Of a stretch of DNA of 64,000 bases, positions 23,901 to 36,200 are shown in pieces (position 1 is the stretch's first letter; every line of letters starts with the position of its first letter). Origin of the DNA: Raillietiella orientalis (taxonomy: Eukaryota); contig JAYWIR010000009.1 in assembly GCA_036172245.1 (NCBI GenBank), positions 3,906,001-3,970,000 on the forward strand, written 5' to 3'. The translations under genes were made by a program, and so were the position numbers. Below the pieces are notes generated by a model that was not told where the DNA came from, searched no databases, and saw nothing but the letters and a program-made list of their open reading frames with translations.

Positions 23901-24439
23901 CCTTCAGGCAGGCGGGAAGTGGGCCAAAGCGGCCAGGATCCCGACGTCCGCAATCATCGAGCGGCCTGGATGGCAAAGAGGCTTGGGGAAAACACCAGGT
24001 CGTCTGAGTGTGCGCACAGAGAAGAGGTGGTGAGGGCGCAGGTGGCTGGCGGCTTTCTCAGTGTGGTTGTGAGATGCTTCTGGAGATGTGCAGGAAAACT
24101 GGGAAAGGAAAAAAAAATCCATGGCAACGAATCCTCTCCGATGGCAACCCGTGGTTCCGGCTCCTCCCCCCTCGGAGGCAGAGCACCGCGATCCAGATTA
24201 GATGCCCCGAGATTAGAGAAGTTTCCCTCGAGTCCGAACAGCAACCCGCGTTGGCGGCCGTGGGGCTGCTGCGCGCAGCATTGAGCGTCGAGGGTTCGAA
24301 TCCCGCCCGGGGAAAGGGTCGACACCGAGAAAATGGGGGGGAGGGTGCGTCGTGGGTTGACAGCCCCCGCTCCCTGGAAAGATGACGCTGGTTGGCCTCT
24401 GCGGGTGCGGCCCTGGTGGACACCGGATGCCCTCTTCGA

Positions 24440-26330
24440 CTGGCCGGGATTGGAAGTTGACCTTCCGTGGTCTTTCCAGGACATCAGGGAGTCGGTTCCC
24501 TTCAGGGTTGTCCTCCCATTGGGAAAATAAAGCTGTCTCTTTCCTAGGGTAGGTACCCTCCCTCGCATACCATAAATCTGGTTGATATCCCCCTCAGGGA
24601 GTTGCCTCTCCAGAGTGTTACACAAGCACGCTGCTTCCTCCCTTCTCTCAGCCTTCGCCCGCTGCCGATCTGCCCGGAAGTTCCCCCCAGGACGCCGACG
24701 CTGTCATCAGCTGCCTGACGCTCGACCGACCTCTTTCATGCTGGACCAGCATTAGAAGGGTTTGCAGCATCCCCAACATCCCTCAGACTGCCCCCTTCCC
24801 TTCCCCCCTCTTGGGAAAAACCGGAACGGTTTTCCTCTGTTCGCCCGTCTCATCCACCGGCGTTTCCGGATTCCTCCCTTCCCCGCGGGCAAGGAGAAGC
24901 AGGCATCGACGAAAGATGTTGTCCGAGAAGGGAGGAATCTTTGAGGGTGGTGCGGGGTGTGAAGGGAAGAAACCCTGACGAGAGGGAGAGCGCCTCCCGC
25001 GAGCTTCCCGTGTCCTCCCTTCCCCTCTCCTTCGAGGAACGCCCTCCACAGAAATCAGGAAGCGTTTTTCGGGGTTCTCTTCCGAGGAGGAGGAAGCGAG
25101 GAGCGGTTCTCTTCCCTCCGCTACGGAGAACGCTCCGTAGCGGAGGGAGAGCTCCGTAGAGGGAGGGACAAACTCCGGAGCGAACAGCGTCCCGGCGGCG
25201 ACGCACGGGCGAAAGGTTTGCCGGGAGACGAACAGGGAGGCTCTGGAGGGCGTGGAGGAGGCGATCTCTCTTGGAGGGAGAGGGTCATGGGAAGGACAGA
25301 CAGCTTCCTGAGCGATCGAACCGCGAAAGAAGGGGGCGCGGGAAGAATTTAGTCCGAGAGTCACGTGACCTGTACGCCAGCACCGAGACGATCCCCTGGT
25401 GCGGAGGACCAGGGGAGCGCCGGAACCCCTCCACCCCCCGGGGCTTGCCGGACGATGGACGGTCCGGTTCGGACCGGCAAGCGGTTCGGGGAAATGGAGC
25501 GGCCCAAGCCCTCGGGCGACCCTTCGCCGCGAAGCGGTCGCGGGCTTTAGGGTTTCCAAGTCAGCTGGCTGCTGGTCTCTCGAGGAGCGGGAAGGAGGCA
25601 AGGAAGGAAGACGAGGGAGTGGGCAAGAAGAAAACCAACGTCGAAAGCACCATATGGTTCCCGGCGATGGATCTTGGGTGAAAACTTCCTGGTCAGGGAG
25701 TTTTCACCCAAGGCACCTTCCAGGCGTTTTGACTGCCTTCATCTTCCCACCTCCCTCCATGATGGCGGAAGTCTCTCTGAGTTCTGCTGTTTTCACTGCT
25801 TTCCTTTCAGCTTTTTTTCAGGTTCCCAGGGAGTCCTGAAGAACCATCTACCTACTTAGGGGGGACCTTGCCAAGCTCTTTGACACTGCCCACGCCTCCC
25901 GAGGGCGCGTGTCAACTCCTCCAGTCATAGTGGGTAACTGGGAAGGGATCACCCTATGAATCCAGGAAAGCCCCGAGAAAATAAGTCCCTTCCTCTTACG
26001 CTTGGGAGGGGAACCCCGAAAGGAACCTACACTTCCTTGTTCTCCCAGGAAAGACCCTTTGACCCTCCTCGCTTCTGAGGAGAACCCCGAAGGTAGCGAA
26101 GCCCTACTCACACCCTGCAGAGGTGACTCCCTGAGGAGTGTATCAACCCACCAGCTCCATGGTACTCGACGGAGGGTCTCCCTCCCACCCTCAGCCCCGC
26201 TGAAGAGGACGGCTCCATTTTCACAACCGGAGGGAGCAACCCCGAGGGGAATCGGCTCCTTGGTTCCTGGAAGGACCCAAAGGGCCGACTACATCGAATT
26301 CAAAATCCTTGCCCTGGTTGTCCCCGAAGG
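24440..26330 (-). mobile_element. Decayed RTE-like non-LTR element, endonuclease and pre-RT region
   Basis: GNHMVLSTL (SDHxxV), CLCNTLERQLPEGDINQIY and PNGRTTLKGTDSLMSWKDH (cf. DGxxLTxxxExLxRWxEH). Confidence 0.4.
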
Positions 26331-28389
26331 GAAACCAGAAGGGACCTCCTCCTCAGTCTCTCCAGAGGGGTTGGTCCCACGGAAGGAAACACTTCTCGTC
26401 CCTTCTCCGGAGAAAGCCTCCGCCAGGGAGTCGCTCCCTGCTTCCTCCTCCTCTGTAGGGGACCCGGAGATGACCTCACAAATCGCGCTCCCCCAGTACC
26501 GAAGAGTTCCGGTTCAGCCGGAACCAGGAGAGACCCCAGCATGCCAGCTTACCTGGCCGCCCAGCCGCTTTGGCTATTTAGGCGCGCGGATGCAGGGTCC
26601 GCCCGAGATTTCGAAAGAAGCGCAGCTTCCCCGGACGCGTTGGGAGGCACAGAGCGCGGGCAGCCAATCGAGCTCGGGCCATGCGGGGTGCTGGCGGCTG
26701 TTAACGGTGACTGAGCCCACATGCTGACGAAGGGTCCAAGCCCTCTGCAAGCGCGCGCGCGGTCGGACCCGATTCCTTTTCGAAGAAGTCGGCTCGGAAG
26801 GACGAGGGTTCGAAACGGAGGGGAAGGGGCAAGTGGAAGAGGAGAGCAGGACGACCAGGCTGACGAATGGAAGCGGAGAGTTCCGAATATTCCCGGAATC
26901 GCGAGAACGGAGGGATTCTATTGTTACCCGGCATCCCGAGATTCCAAGATCTCAGCTTTCCTCCCTCCCCCCACCTACGAAACGTGCTGGTCCGGGAAGA
27001 ACCAGGGACCGGGGCGGGGCGGTTGCACATGGCGAAGCAGCACGTAGGAAGAGAGGCGAACGGCCAACCGGAACTCCCCGTCTCCCGGCAAACCCGCGAT
27101 TCCTTCCTCGAGTAAGCTCACAGCAGCTCCACAGCCCCCCTCAAGGTGACAGCACTCTTCCTACACTGGTTCTTCCGCGCGCCGACGACTCTTCCGGGCA
27201 GGGGCCTCCTGCGAAGAGCCGGATGAGTCGTGATCGATCTTGTGAGCAGCTGGAGATGCCTAGCGACGGATCATGCTGCGACCACGGGATGCTTCTGCTT
27301 CGCGCCCCACCGTACACAGAGGTCGCCAGCGTGCACTCCACTGCGCCGGGGAGAGCGACCAATCCAGGAAAGCAGCCAGCCCACCCAGAGGCGGATGGGA
27401 GGGTTGGCAGAAAGATCGAGAGAGGCAGCGTCCAGGGACGCAAACGAGAGCTGCAAAGCAAGAAGAGCGCGGCGTCTGTCTACTGATTTGCTTTATCGCC
27501 ATCCTCCGTTTGTCCCGCTGGCTCTGGCAGGGAACCGCCATCTCATGCACGCGCGTTCACCCACGCGAGCGAACGAGACCTGGGAACAAACACTAAGTCC
27601 TTCAAGATCCAAGCGGTTCCTCCCTAGAAACAACTCCAACGATCCTCTCTCGGTGCTGACCTCCCTCGCGCCCACATTTCATCCATTCTGCCTATCAAAA
27701 ACCTATAAAGCCGTTTCGAGTCCTTTCGCTTTCTCTTTCTTCCGTAAGTCCTCCTAGAGGCGTCCTACGACAGACCAACGTCCCCTGTTCCCTCCCTCGT
27801 CCTTCCCGATTCTGTTCCCGATTTGCCTCCGCAAACAGTAGGTCTTTGGCCGAAAGTGCGAACCGGCTAGCAGCCGCGTAGCACGAAGCACGCCACACGA
27901 AGAATAATTCGCCCCCAAAGCCATGCGATGAGGCTCATGAGGAAGTTCTTGGATTGCGGGTCACGCAAGCTGAGGAAATGGATTCACGCACTTCCGTGAT
28001 CGTGCAGCCCTTTCGAAACGCGCATTCGCGCAGCAGAGAGCAGCAGCAGCACAACGTGGGAAGCGAAACACGGCTTCGTCATCGGGGAGGGGGAGGTTCC
28101 GTACGGAAGGCTTCCTCAGCACCTTCTCTCAGCGGATGCGGGGGCAACGGGAGGCATCGCAAAAGGAACCGTGCAAACGACGCAAGGATGGAGCAAAGGA
28201 TGCAAAGGATGGAGATCTTGGAATTTGGAAGAGTGGTTTTCAGCTCAGCAAAAAGGAAGCATGCCAGAGGCGGATTGGTCCAGTTCTCACGGTCCCAGTG
28301 CTGGAAATAAGCAGGAAGGGAATTGGTACTTGCCTTCATACTTCTTCACGATTCCATGTGGGACGACAACAGCTCCTTACTGGGAAGAA

Positions 28390-30223
28390 TGCTTTCTCTT
28401 TCAGCAGTGCAACCCAACAACACTGTCTGCCGCGACTGCACTTGAAAGCTCGCGTTTTCGTCCATGGGCGTATTGATAAAACGCCCGTCCATTGCTCCTC
28501 CTCCGAATGCACACACGTCCAGGGGCAATAGCGGTTTCCCATACACACAGCCTGCTCCGGTTGCGTTTCAAGCTACCGTCCAGTGCTCACGCACATATCT
28601 GGATTCCATTGAAGACGGGAAACTAGTGCTTCCGACCGGAAACTGGATTGCAATCCACCATGTGAGGGTGGAAGCCAAATGGTTCAATTCGTAGCTCACA
28701 GTCGCACTCGGATCGAAGCCGACCTCGGATGAATGCCATCGGTTATCGTTAATTCGTGGCTAATGGTCTCCGTATTTCCATGCAATGCCCTAGGTTTCCG
28801 CTCTATTATGTAGTAGAAATGATCAACTTCTATGTCGCTATTCTTGGCTTCTTTAGAAGCTCTTCACCCATCCTCGAATGAACGGTGCAAACGCGGAGAG
28901 CGCAGTCATCGACAGTCGGAATTTGTTTGCGGGGAAGATGGGGAAGAATGGGTGGGGTGCGAAAAAAGCAAGCGAAAAAAGATCCTCGGAACGGGTCCAG
29001 AATCATGCTATCCAGCGAACGAGGAAACGCGCCAAGAGGACGGAGACGAGATGGAGTAGAGAGGAACTCTACAAATCCCTAGGAACGAGTAATAGAACCG
29101 TTACTGCTTTCTCGACTGGGTGGTAGGACAGATGTGGAGAACGCGGTGGCGGACGGCTGCGCGCTTGTGCCACGTAAACAAACTCTTTCCGGTGTCAGCA
29201 GCCAGTGCAGGAACATTTGCAACCAAACCGTCACAAATCACCATCCATCGACGACGATCCCAGCACTCGCGGAACCGCTCGGATTTCTTCGCTCGCAAGC
29301 TGCGAGATCTTCCCGACGACGTTGGAAAGGGCGTTTCGTTGCTTTAACATTTCGGTATTCCTTTCTTTGATTCGGGAGCGTTTCGTGGATACGCACGAAC
29401 CGGCGGCACCGAGCCAGGATGACACGAACGAACCCGCCCGTGCGAACAAGCCCAGCGGCGAAGGATTCTCATCGCGAACCCAATTTCCAGGCAACGCAGA
29501 TTCCCCAGTGGACCGAGATCACGGAGCACGCCTCACGGATTGCATGATCACGTGCAGCAGCAGGGAACGCACGCGAGCAAGGCGACACGAAAAACAAACG
29601 GAGATCCGAGATCCTTTCTGGCGTATCCGAGTAGGTGCGTTTCCATGCGCGCACCGTCTCGCACTTACTTGGTAGTGCGTTTCCTGTACAACGCCTGTAC
29701 GCAAATGTGGATGTGCGGATGAATGGATGATGGGAAGACTTTCTCGTGGGCGGTAAGAAAATGGCCTTCCTTCCGTGTACCCCACGAGACGAACATGCAA
29801 AGGAAAATCAGTCCTTACTGAAGGCCTCGTTGCAGCTCTTCCTGGCATCCCACGCCATTCGCCGAATCCGTGCCTCGGGCTGCATTCGGTTCGGATTTTC
29901 GGATCCTTCGGGTCAAGAGTTGCTCGCCACTTCGGATGCTCATCGAAACCCGGACAGAAGAAGCCCCCCGCACGTGCAGATTCCCCTGGTCCCTTCTCGC
30001 CTTCCGGCGATTCTTTGCAGACCGTCAAGGTCGATCCACCGAGAGCCATTCGAGTTCCGATCTTCTGGCGCGAAGGAAAAGCTCATCGCAGCACGTCTTT
30101 GCGAAGGAGACGGGAAAACATAAAAAAGGAGAAAAAAAAAAAAAAGGAAGGATGGAATCCTTCGGTCGCGCACGCTCACTCGTCGTCCTTGTTCAATTCG
30201 CACTGCGAATTCCCACACCGACA

Positions 30224-30266
<43 letters not shown>

Positions 30267-33200
30267 AAGAGAAGAAAGAACGTATCTTGTGCTTTCCGAA
30301 TCGTTTCGGGCGAAGATGCTCGAAGGGAAACTGCACCTCCGTACGCTGCGCGCACGTGCGCGGACGCGCGTGCACCTATTTGGCGTTTTGCGTCGTTCAT
30401 CCCGAGAACGCACGCACGAGGATTGCGCAGCAGAAAGCGATGCTCGCAGAGCGCGGCGGACGTGGGACGCATGGCCATGCAGTGTTGTTCGAAGCCACCA
30501 CTTCTTGCACGTTAGCCACGGCGGCATGCAAGGGGCAACGAACCGCTCCCATCTGGCGCCTTCGATGCGCCACGATGCTTCTTCTTGCCCGAACTAGGCG
30601 GACGAACGTACCGGGCGAGGCCGTCCACACAAGGAAGAGAGCACGCCTACCACTTCACGAACTTTCTTCCAAATTTTTCTTCTTCTCCCAAAATTCTTCC
30701 AAAGTGGTCACCATCCGCATGCGATGCCTGACGGACGTCCCATCGGCCCATCGGTTCATCCATCCAAGCGAATCGGTTGCATCGTCGCCTCCGGGGCACA
30801 AAATATTCTCCGGGGTTAGCGCGGTGTTTTCGTGCACCGGCGCGCAGACAAGCCGCTTTCCTCGGACTGCACGCTTCCGGTCGGCAACCCTTCCGGCTAG
30901 GGTTTCGGGAACGAAGACGGCAGAAGGAGTGCGCAGACCGCTTCCCTGGACCGGGAACGAGCGTGCCCAAACCTCCCCGAACGAATCTGCATTCTCGCGG
31001 TTGCCGGATTTCCGCCCACAATCTCCCGGCTCTCCGCGCGGTCAAGTGACGACTCCCTTGTAGTCCGGTGAGTTGCCAAGAGAGCAGCGGGAAGAGAGAA
31101 GGGGAGCGCACGCAGGAAAGACGTCGGCTGGTGGACCGGGCGTTTGCGGACGCACGGAAACTTGCGGAATTTCGCACAATTTCGCGGTCTTTTCCTTTCC
31201 CTTTCCTCGAACCTGAGGACGGGTCACGTCTCTCGAGAAACCTCGCCGCCCGCCCGAACATCTCACGTCCACGTTCTCCATCTCCAGGTGCTGAAAATTT
31301 GGAACTTCGACAACCAGCGATGTCTGCAAACCATCCACTTCGTGTTCCAGTCGTTCGGGAGCAAACGCTTGCACGAATCGGAACTGCATCGCTTGCACGC
31401 GGGCGACGATGAGCAGCGAATCACCGTCACGTGCCATAACACGGTGTGGGTGCTGGAGTTCAAGGAGCACGCAAGGAGCACCGTGCCGTCGAACGAGACC
31501 GCGGATGCCCACCCGCGTGCCAATCCTCGTCTTCCCTGCGGCTCATCCGAGTCCGGGCGCATCGCGCAATCCGGGAACTTCAAACACGGCAGCGTCGAGG
31601 ACGAGCAAGTCCGCAGGTCACGAACTCGTCCGTCGACGAATCGCGGCTGCAGCCGACGGCTGCTCGGCGAAGAAAGCACGACGGCAGCCGGCACGGACGT
31701 CCTCTACTTGCTTGCGGGTGCACGCAAAGCAACGGACACGCGCCTGCGCACTCGGGACGGAAAGGGGCCTCCGCGCCACTGCGCGAGGTGCTACCACCAG
31801 CTGAAGATTCACGAACCGACCGACGACGCCGTGCATCTTGCCGAGAATCGGAGAGGAGTCGACCGCAGATATCCATAAATTCGGGAAGGGATGAACGAAT
31901 CCACGTGGTTTTCGATTCGCGCGGCCGCAGCCACCCACCCACCCGAAACGCGGGCAGTTCTCCACGGCCAGTCGAGAGCCAGGAGCGTGGATCGGGTTGG
32001 GGGGGAAAGCAAGTTTGAAGAAGGGTGCGCGTTGGAAACGGGCAGCCTCGAAAATCGAGTCCTCATCTTGCTTGACGGAAGCCCGAAATGCAGCGGAGGA
32101 CACGACAGTCTCTTCCCGTTCGATCCAAGCAAATCCACGCACGCGTGAGCCATGCAGGAACGAGGAACGCACGCAACGGTGTGCAAAAAAAACAGGGCGG
32201 GGTTCATGGCAAACGGAAGCGACCTCGCAATGCAATCGTAACCACCAAGCGATGCGGGACGACCGGCACAACGGGAAGAAGAAAAGGGTGCTCCTCCTTC
32301 GGCATCCCGTCAGCTCGGGAAGGTGGCATCGACTCGCTGGTTACCTTGGATGGCCCCTTGCGGAGGAGGATCCCGAAACTGCCTTCCCCCCCCCCCCTTC
32401 CCCTCCTTTCGATCACGGATCGCGCACACCTCGAGACGGTGGGCGCGTTTCCGTTTCCGAGCTCAATCGGTCTCCGGAGCCGGCGTTCCCCTAGGGAGGC
32501 AGGCGACCGGCGGTTCGGGAAGGTGGGCAGCTGGTGCCGAGGTCGGAAAAGAGGCACGCAGCGCTCGCGAAAGCGGCCGTGAAAGCGAACTATTCCACCG
32601 TGGGGACGCGGATAAATCCCCACATCTTTGCGGCCATTTTGTCGTGCCATTTTGCTTCCGTTGCCGCCTTCCTGCAGCCGCGTTGCTGCTCCGCACGGAG
32701 ATGGTAGCGTGCGCTCGTCCAAGCCGAGGCGAAAGAACTGGCAGTTCGTCTTTCGGGATGATGGGGCTGAGTCGTTGCAGGCGTGACTGCGACCACACGA
32801 CCTTGCTGAAGAAGGACAGCTGACGCGATGGTCCAGCGAACTTTACTCGAAAGTCCTTTCCTCGAGTGGCTGAAGTACGCCCGAACAGATGAGCGCGTTT
32901 TCCTCGGGCATCGAATGTGGCGGCGGCGAACGCTGGTCGAAAAGCAGCAGAACGAGACGGAGGCGTCGTCCGCGAGGTTCGGACTTTTTTCCTCTTCGAG
33001 GAAAATTGAAAAAGCAAGAGACTGTCTACGCGATGCATCTCGCAGAGTCGAACCGGCAACCGAACTCGGCCGGCCGACCGAAGCGCCGTTGGCGTGCTGA
33101 ATCCCGCGCCCGGCTGGACCACAAGGAGTGAGCGGTTCCGAAAGAGCTCGAAGGCACGCAACCGCTCGGCTGCTCTTCATTTCAGGTGTTGCAGGTGGTC

Positions 33201-36200
33201 GCCAAGTTCTTCCTCTTCTCCATTCAGCCTCGCACGCTCATCCTCAAGGCCACTTGCAATTCGCTCTCTTTCGCACGCGGATGCGCGAGCTGCACAGCGT
33301 GCTCGCTCGTTTTCCGCCGATGGCCGGCCTCCCATCGGAACGCATCCCCGCGGGGTCCTCGGGCTCAAAGCTACACACGGCGGCAGTCCCTGGATGTCCC
33401 AATCGACAAAAGTTCTCCAGCGATCGTCCTGCGTTGCGGGAAAGAGATATCCCGTGGCGGTTGCAGACTACGCAGTTCCCGCTGGCGAGCCCCAGGCAGA
33501 AAAGCAGAGTGGACAGTCGGGAGCACCCCTGTTCCGCAGTCAACGTTCGATTCCTTCCAACGAACGCATTGCCGCGATGGCGAGGACGAGCGTCCTTACC
33601 GGGGAGGCGATGCGGGTCAAAGTCTTCTTCTTCTTCTTCTTCTTCTTCTTCTTCCCTTTCCCTTTCCCTTTACGGAGAAAAGCAGCAGCAGCAGGGCACA
33701 CTGCTTTTCCGCTCGCGTCGGATGCGCCCCTGTTCCAGAACTTCCGCATTTGCCCTTGACCGCGAACGGCCCCTGAGGGAAAGCGCACGCGCGCGGCAGG
33801 GTGATGCCGGGCAAACTCCACGGAGCTTGATCCTGCCTCCCAGCTACTTTTCCTTCCTTGTGCCCGCCCCCCCCCAGCGAATGGATCCCTCGGTTTCAGG
33901 CGGAAAACTCCGGCCCGCTAAACCCACGACATCCGCGACATGGCGAATCCGGCGAGAGGCATGCTGAACCTTGCAATCACCGTGGACACCACGGTGATTG
34001 AGCACCAGCTCCGACAGCGCAACGAGGCCATTCGCTTCGTCGTCGTTTCGCCGCCGTGACCTTGCCGCGAGCAGCGCGCAAGGTCACGGCCGGTTCGACG
34101 CACGGCGAAGTCGTTGCGCGAGGAAGCGCTTGCTTGCACGGCCTCGCATCCGCGCGTCCCGCACGTTTCGCACCATATTGGGAACGTGATCGTTCGAGAA
34201 AAGTGGTCAGCGCTGCGTGGTTACGCATGCGATGATGGCCTTTGCGCACCTGCGGCGGCTGGCAAAGCGTCCTTCGTTGCTGGACGTGCGGGGCGAGGTG
34301 AGTTGCAAGCCTGCGGCAGCGGCTTCGCTCTTGTTGGTTGCCAAGGAAGCAAGAAATGCCTTGCAAGGATGAGTGAGATTGAAACAATCTTTCAGCAATC
34401 GCCGATTCGGCTAGGAGACGCGCCAAGATTTGCTCCGCGGTCAACTCGGTGCGAAGACCATTCTCATCGGCACAGCGAGCCGATTCCATAACGAAGGTTG
34501 CGAGCCGGGTGTGCCGGATGCAGCGTACCTTCGAAAGCGGAAGAACGTGGAGGCGGACGAGGACAAGCCTTGCCGTACCCGAATCGACCTCGCCAAGTTC
34601 GAAACGGATGCTTCCGTGCCCAACCCTTTCTCATGTGCGCGGACGTTTCTTCCTCTTGCGATTCTTTCGCGTTTGCCATGGTGCGCGCACGCGCCTTTCA
34701 TCCCGGGGCTTTTCATGAAACGCATATCCAAGACTCGCGGCTCGGTCACCACCACCGCCACATTCAAATGGATGCAAGGTAGTGTGATTCGCACCAGCTC
34801 GTCTGGTTGCGCTGCAGACGGATGCGGAGTTTGCCAAAAAGTCCAAAAAAATGGAATCCTTTCGTGGAAAGCGCTTCCTCCTGGAAGATCATCCAGAGTG
34901 AGGCAGCGAGGCGACTTGCGAAGGAAGCGCTCGTCGAATCCCAATTGGCAGACGATCGTATTCCGATGAGCACCTGAAGCAATCGGAAAGGAATCTTCTT
35001 CGGTGAAGGGTGCATCTGCTGCGTGGCGACGGTCAAAGGCAACGCGCGACGCGACGTGGCCGCCTGATGGAACTGCCTCATGTCGGCCAAAGAAGGAAAC
35101 GTTCTGCTCGAAGGACGGACCTCACTGTGCAAGAAGTGCATTGGGCATGACGCCGTTTCGCCAGATGGATCGACGACTCTGTCGAAGGATCCGATTCGAC
35201 GTTGCTGCGGAACGCCGTTTGCCGCGGCGGGCAAAGAACGAGTCCGAAGTGGACGCGTCGGCCGGGCGAAGTTTCGCATCGAAGAAACGACAAACGAACG
35301 AATCGCATTCGCTGGAAAGTGTGCTGCACAGTGGAAAGTCGCGCCAAATTCCTCCTCTGCATTTCCTGAAATTTCGGGGCGAACGAATTTCTGCATCGTG
35401 CGGCATGTGCGAACGATCAACGAGGCGGGCCGCGGGATGGGAACCCTGCGACGTGGGAAACCAAACGGCCAGCAACGCCCGTCCGTTTCTAACGAGAGAC
35501 GCATTCGCTGGCATCGGAGGATGCATGCGAGGCAGCCACGGAAGGGCGTAGGAAAAGGAAAAAGACAAAAACAAATCATGGCGAGAGGAAGAAGGGAAAC
35601 CGCTGTGCGTGGTTGGGGGGGAGGGCTCGGAGGGTTTTCCACGCCTTGATCGTGGACATGCCTACCGGGAAGCCGCAGCCCGCTGCCACGAGACCGCACA
35701 GCCACCGAGCGTTGGACGGAATCGCTCGTGATCATTTCTTCCTGCTTCTCACGAATTGTCTGCCTTTCCCACAGAGGTTCAAAGGCTGATCGGGAAAGGA
35801 TCCCCGTTCCCTCTCTGTCTTTTGCTGCTGCTTCGACGACCACTCCGGGCTGGTGGTAGATTTCTCCAGGTGAAGCTTCGCTTACCATTTTCCGTTCCCG
35901 TTCGTGGACAGATTCGGTTCATCCTGAACGGAATGATGATCATACAGCATCTTTTTTCCCCTCTTCCGTGGCTTCGTCACGTGAGGTAGGTCGAGGTGCC
36001 GTTCGTGTCTCAGGATAGACGGAAGTAACCATCTTCACAGGGCTGCTCCCGTTGCTACTGCCAGTCGTCTGCGGTGGGGCGTTCAGTGGTTGCATTGTGT
36101 GCTGCGACTGAAAAGCCATCTGCGGCGATTTGGAAGGGAAAAGAATGGGAAGCTCCCATCGTGAAGGAGAATTCCAAAACCACGAATGCACCACCCGTGG

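Noticed and set aside
34114..34969. Possible C-terminal WD40 exons of the WDY-like gene (LPWCAH...FKWMQG)
   Set aside because: Weak resemblance with no convincing splice sites. The opposite strand fits a non-LTR RT relic better.
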